A stretch of 64,000 bases of DNA, taken from the NCBI GenBank assembly GCA_944329355.1, contig CALVID010000003.1, forward strand, positions 3,130 through 67,129, written 5' to 3'. The position numbers and the translations under genes are program-made. The DNA is from an uncultured Bacilli bacterium. Its GTDB lineage: Bacteria; Bacillota_I; Bacilli_A; RF39; UBA660. The notes under the pieces are model-generated. The model saw only the letters and a list, made by a program, of their open reading frames with translations. It did no database searches and was not told the origin of the DNA. The stretch's first letter is position 1. Every line of letters begins with the position of its first letter. Positions 60,186 to 64,000 of this stretch are shown piece after piece.

Positions 60186-60557
60186 ATGAATAAGAAGTAT
60201 TTAGAATTGAAAGAAAAATTATTAACTGACTATGAATTACAAAAAAAATTTTTTGAGTTAGCACAAAAATTTACAAATCCAACCGATAAAGTTAAGAGTA
60301 TATTAAATGATAATCTTGTTAATCAATTTGAAGAAGTAAAAGATAATATTACTTTTGGAGCTTTTATTAAAAAACAAAATAATTCTTATTGTGTATCTAT
60401 GATTATTTTTGACATTGATTATACATTTTCAAATTTAAACGCAAAAACGTATGATAATTTAGAAGAAGCAAATATCTATTTTTCTTCTTTAAAAGATTTA
60501 ATAAAAAATAACGATCTTGAAAATTTATCTTCTACTTTATTAAAAAACTGTCAATAA
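60186..60557 (+). CDS. Hypothetical protein (123 aa)
   Basis: Clean ORF followed by a hairpin ATGGTAG...CTACCAT plus a T-run (~60651-60693). Confidence 0.45.
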   Translation: MNKKYLELKEKLLTDYELQKKFFELAQKFTNPTDKVKSILNDNLVNQFEEVKDNITFGAFIKKQNNSYCVSMIIFDIDYTFSNLNAKTYDNLEEANIYFSSLKDLIKNNDLENLSSTLLKNCQ

Positions 60558-60728
60558 TGTGCGATAACAATACAAAGGCATTTAAAAATATGATATAATT
60601 ATATATATCAATGATACATGGTAGATAAATTTTACTTGTAATTATATATAGATGGTAGTATTAGTCTATAAACAGATTAGTTCTACCATTTTTCATTTGA
60701 TAACGTGTTTATGAAATGGAGGTATATA

Positions 60729-60965
60729 ATGCTTGTAAAAGAACAAACTGGGGTTATTGTTATTGATTTAAAGCCTATGCTCGAGTTAAGAAATATGACA
60801 CCATATAAATTAAGCCAACTCTCTGGAATTGATAAAGATACCATTTATAAATATGTTAATGGACAAGTTTTATATAGAGTTGATTTATTTAATCTCGCTA
60901 AAATCTGTCATATTCTTAAATGTGAATTACATCAAATTATGTGGTATGAAGAAAACGGTAAATAA
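60729..60965 (+). CDS. Small HTH regulator (78 aa), XRE-like
   Basis: The start is probably ATG 60729 (GGAGG 6 nt upstream). Contains MTPYKLSQLSGIDKDTIYKYVNG. Confidence 0.6.
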   Translation: MLVKEQTGVIVIDLKPMLELRNMTPYKLSQLSGIDKDTIYKYVNGQVLYRVDLFNLAKICHILKCELHQIMWYEENGK

Positions 60966-61011
60966 ATCATTTTATATTTTTATTATATTTATTTTATATT
61001 TTTTTTAGGTA

Positions 61012-61039
61012 TTGGCTTTTATAAAATGCGTGGTACAAT
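61012..61039 (+). promoter_or_regulatory. Extended -10 promoter of a leader or short RNA
   Basis: TTGGCT, a 16-nt spacer and TGgTACAAT. Confidence 0.45.
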
Positions 61040-61088
61040 GTGTATAGTAGTAAAAACTATAAGCAAATGAGCCTATGCTTGTTGTTAC

Positions 61089-61122
61089 GACTATTCCCTG
61101 TAAAATGGGAATAGTCTTTTTT
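61089..61122 (+). terminator. Strong intrinsic terminator inside the leader upstream of the ArpU-like gene
   Basis: GACTATTCCC-TGTAAAAT-GGGAATAGTC followed by TTTTTT, about 45-75 nt downstream of the predicted start site. Confidence 0.75.
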
Positions 61123-61351
61123 ACTACTTTGTGCTAACATATAAAGCAATTTAATTGTTTTATATGTTAGGGGGTGATTTGTGAATGCACTATTGCAAAT
61201 TTTCAAGCGATCATAAGGGACACTTTCCCCCAAAATCCAAAAGTTACGACAATAAAACATTTTACTTATCACTTAAACATAAGAGTAATAGCTTTTTTAT
61301 CAACCGATAAACTGGCTGTTGCTCTTTTTTTCATAGTTGGAGGGAATTGTT

Positions 61352-61810
61352 ATGAATAGCACACACGTTTTAACTGATTTTATGATTAAACAGTTTGATG
61401 TAAAAAAATTAGAAGAAATAGTAAAAGCCTTTTTGGAATTAGTAGAAACTGCAACTTTAATACTTGATGATAAAGATTACTATATCCGAATTACACCTAC
61501 TTATGAAGTGGAACTTGCTGGAAAATCAAGTGTTCGTAATACTTGTAGTAAAATCGAAACATTTATGATTTATGAATATGACAGCAAAGATAAATTGAGG
61601 GATCTAATAGCAAAATATCCAAGTGCAGTTGAAAAACTTACTAAAGAAGAAAAGGAACTATTTATCCGTTGCTTTATTAATAAGGAAAAGAAAACTTATA
61701 TACAAGAGGCAATGATTTTACATCAGTATCAGTACGATCGATTAAAGAAAAGTGCTATTATCAAGTTTTGTGTGTTTTTAGGATTAGATAAATATATTAA
61801 CAATTTTTAA
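61352..61810 (+). CDS. Putative ArpU/sigma-like transcriptional regulator (152 aa)
   Basis: The start is probably ATG 61352 (GGAGGG RBS). The C-terminal LTKEEKELFIRCFINKEKKTYIQEAMILHQYQYDRLKKSAIIKF resembles sigma region-4/ArpU regulators found in Firmicutes mobile elements. This assignment is tentative. Confidence 0.35.
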   Translation: MNSTHVLTDFMIKQFDVKKLEEIVKAFLELVETATLILDDKDYYIRITPTYEVELAGKSSVRNTCSKIETFMIYEYDSKDKLRDLIAKYPSAVEKLTKEEKELFIRCFINKEKKTYIQEAMILHQYQYDRLKKSAIIKFCVFLGLDKYINNF

Positions 61811-61901
61811 AGGCTCATAAGGAGGTTATATTATGACTTAACTCTACACTTTTGACAAATAATATAATAGATGTTATAGTGCTGGCAAGAGGTGGAAAAT
61901 T

Positions 61902-62498
61902 ATGTCTAAGAAGAAAATAATTTTAATTTCGTTGCTCACTATTACTATTATAGTTGTTTCCGTTTTTATTTCTTTTCGTTTCATTATTAAAAATGAGAAT
62001 AATGTAAATACTAAAACCCCACAACAACAAGAAGTTGAGGTTAAAGAGGAAAAGAAAGATAAAATCAATAATAAAGAAACAAAAAAAGAAGAAACTAATC
62101 CTGAAATAACAACTCCCCAAACTAATGAAACAGAAAATCAAAATATAGAAGAAACACCAAAAGAAAAAACAAACGATAATAAAGTACAAACACCACACCA
62201 AGCACCAAATAATAATCAACAAACTACAACTCAAACAACCCCAAAACAGCCTACTACTCCTCCAAAAGTAGTAGAAACACCAAGTTGTACTCCAAAACTC
62301 TTTTATGTTGTTTTTAGAGCTGACTTTGACAGTTTAGATAAGTTAAAGGCTACGGCAGAACAGTATAAAGAAATCTACGGTTTTGTTGGTTATGAATATA
62401 TGGACGCAACTGATGACTGTGGTGATACTTATTATCAATTAACAATGAAAACAAAAGATGATAAACTTGTTGAATATTCGGATATTCCAAAGCCTTAA
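61902..62498 (+). CDS. Membrane-anchored protein with Lys/Glu/Thr/Pro-rich linker (198 aa)
   Basis: N-terminal TM helix, a low-complexity linker (TTTQTTPKQPTTPPK) and a ~70-aa C-terminal globular part. Confidence 0.55.
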   Translation: MSKKKIILISLLTITIIVVSVFISFRFIIKNENNVNTKTPQQQEVEVKEEKKDKINNKETKKEETNPEITTPQTNETENQNIEETPKEKTNDNKVQTPHQAPNNNQQTTTQTTPKQPTTPPKVVETPSCTPKLFYVVFRADFDSLDKLKATAEQYKEIYGFVGYEYMDATDDCGDTYYQLTMKTKDDKLVEYSDIPKP

Positions 62499-62541
62499 TA
62501 GGCTTTTTTCTTTTGGCTAAAATTAAGGAGGAATTTATTAT

Positions 62542-64000
62542 ATGAAGAATTTAAAAAAGAAAATAATTAATGGCTTTCTTCTACTTTTAGTTGGTGTATC
62601 ATGTATTCCTAGTATAACAGTACAGGCTAAAACATATAATGATACATTTAATGAAAAGTCCCAGTATATTAAAGGCGATTATATTTTGAAAGTAAAAGGA
62701 AGTACAAGGAAATATCAACAAATGACCGTTATCACAAGAAATAGCGACGGTCAGTTTGTATATTGCATCGAGCCAGGTACTCCAATAGCTAGTGGATCAA
62801 CTATTTATCAAGGACAAGACTTCAATCAGTCATATATTGCTAATATGACAAACGAACAATGGCGAAGGATTAGTTTACTTGCGTACTACGGTTATGGATA
62901 TGGTAATCATACTGATATTAAATGGTATTCTGTAACACAGTTCCTTATTTGGCAAACAGTCCCACATGGATACGACATTTATTTCACAGATAAATTGGAC
63001 GGAAATCGTATTACAAAATATACTGATGAAATTAATGAGTTAAATCGTTTAGTTGCTGAACACGATATTACTCCTAAATTTGATAAAGATACTATCGACA
63101 TGACTATTGGCGAAACAATAGAATTAACTGATGCTAATAACGTCTTAAATAAATTTGAAATTAAAAGTACTGATGGTGTTAGTGCTAGTATCAACGGTAA
63201 TATGTTAAGCATTACTGCCAATGAAGTTGGTAACGGTAATATTACTATTACTAAAAGGGATAAAAATATGTCTAGTCCTGCTATCGTGTATGTCCACCCA
63301 AAAAGCCAAGATTTAATGTCAAGAGGATATTACGATCCTATTGATAGAGATTTAAAAATAAATATTGTCGGTGGTAAAGTGTCAGTAAAAAAAGTTGATG
63401 CTGACACAGGTTTAGGAATTGCACAGGGTGATGCTACCCTAGACGGAGCTATATTTGGTATATATACTATGGACGGTAAACGTGTCGGTCAAGTAGAATC
63501 TGTTGGTGGCGAATACGTAATGAGCGACTACTTACCAAGTTTAGGCACTTTTTATTTACAAGAAGAAAAAGCCTCTACTGGATACGAATTAAACGAAACA
63601 AAGTATTACTTTGAAATTACAAAAGATGACTTATACCCTCTTGTTGAAGTAAGTGAGAAAGTTATCGAAAGAGATTTAAAAATATTTAAGGTTTACGCAT
63701 CAGATCAAACTGGTTTCTTAACTGGCGAGCCTAACGTAACTTTTGATATTTATTTAAAATCTAATGGCGAAAAAGTAACTAGTATTACTACTGATGAAAA
63801 AGGATATGCTACTGCAACACTCCCTTACGGTACATACACCATTAAGCAAGTAAATAGTACACAAGACCATGAGTTTGTAGAAGATTTTGAAATTACAGTA
63901 AATGAAAGTGCTGATGATCCTATCTATAAATTGCTTGCAAATGCTGAAATTAAAGCTAAATTAAAAGTTGTAAAGGTAGATAAAGAGACAGGTAATATCA
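62542..64000 (+). CDS. Cys-Gln thioester-domain surface adhesin with SpaA/CnaB-type Ig-like repeats (partial; runs off the right edge)
   Basis: Absent from the ORF track because it is open at the edge. My translation gives RBS AAGGAGG and MKNLKKKIINGFLLLLVGVSCIPSITVQA (signal peptide). FVYCIEPGTP and WYSVTQFLIWQ match the Cys and TQxxIW motifs of thioester domains. Repeats follow, such as VSVKKVDADTGLGIAQGDATLDGAIFGIY and KLKVVKVDKETGN. Confidence 0.8.
   Translation, partial: MKNLKKKIINGFLLLLVGVSCIPSITVQAKTYNDTFNEKSQYIKGDYILKVKGSTRKYQQMTVITRNSDGQFVYCIEPGTPIASGSTIYQGQDFNQSYIANMTNEQWRRISLLAYYGYGYGNHTDIKWYSVTQFLIWQTVPHGYDIYFTDKLDGNRITKYTDEINELNRLVAEHDITPKFDKDTIDMTIGETIELTDANNVLNKFEIKSTDGVSASINGNMLSITANEVGNGNITITKRDKNMSSPAIVYVHPKSQDLMSRGYYDPIDRDLKINIVGGKVSVKKVDADTGLGIAQGDATLDGAIFGIYTMDGKRVGQVESVGGEYVMSDYLPSLGTFYLQEEKASTGYELNETKYYFEITKDDLYPLVEVSEKVIERDLKIFKVYASDQTGFLTGEPNVTFDIYLKSNGEKVTSITTDEKGYATATLPYGTYTIKQVNSTQDHEFVEDFEITVNESADDPIYKLLANAEIKAKLKVVKVDKETGNI

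Larger units (their letters stand above)
57763..64000. mobile_element. Putative end of an integrative (conjugative or mobilisable) element; extends beyond the window
   Basis: It starts at the break in tRNA-Arg and carries orphan cargo genes, three to four XRE-type HTH regulators, an ArpU/sigma-like regulator behind a terminator-containing leader, a Pro/Thr-rich membrane protein, and a thioester-domain surface adhesin. No integrase or T4SS gene is inside the window. The alternative left boundary is 58027. Confidence 0.45.

Noticed and set aside
61057-61359. ORFs 61057-61272 (minus) and 61174-61359 (plus) in the leader region
   Set aside because: They have no convincing RBS, they overlap hairpin and terminator structures, and their products look like random sequence. 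I treat the region as non-coding regulatory.
61874-63221. Minus-strand ORFs 61874-62068, 61923-62234 and 62979-63221
   Set aside because: They are antisense to the membrane protein and to the thioester adhesin ORF, which have an RBS, a signal peptide and clear motifs.

Overview
AT-rich (~30% GC by eye) chromosomal segment of a monoderm Bacillota organism. Gene content and order look Bacilli/Erysipelotrichia-like, but this taxonomic guess is inference only. Almost all genes are on the minus strand. Core content: smc (partial); the secE-nusG-rplK-rplA-rplJ-rplL-ybxB-rpoB-rpoC cluster with an rplJ attenuator leader; LemA-DUF2207; tcdA; murC; mutS; YlbL/YlbJ-like genes; an Ogt-Tag fusion; an ABC exporter pair; ackA-folD; ftsY-ylxM; rnj; eno; and three intact tRNAs plus one tRNA fragment. 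Accessory content: (i) a compact Tad-type pilus operon wedged between mutS and murC; (ii) two very large type IV pilin-like proteins divergent from an orphan PilB/GspE ATPase, plus a third pilin gene fused into the eno operon; (iii) a HerA/FtsK-superfamily ATPase translationally coupled to a small membrane-anchored protein, appended to the ftsY-ylxM operon and followed by a tRNA; (iv) from ~57.7 kb, a truncated tRNA-Arg(UCU) beside an intact divergent copy, then a module typical of an integrative/conjugative element running off the right edge (several XRE regulators, an ArpU/sigma-like regulator behind a terminator-containing leader, a thioester-domain surface adhesin). I saw no CRISPR array, rRNA, transposase or integrase in the window. 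The candidates I rank highest for something undescribed are the HerA-plus-membrane-partner pair and the split-tRNA junction with its unknown cargo. None of this can be proven without homology searches, and all calls rest on motif recognition and gene context.
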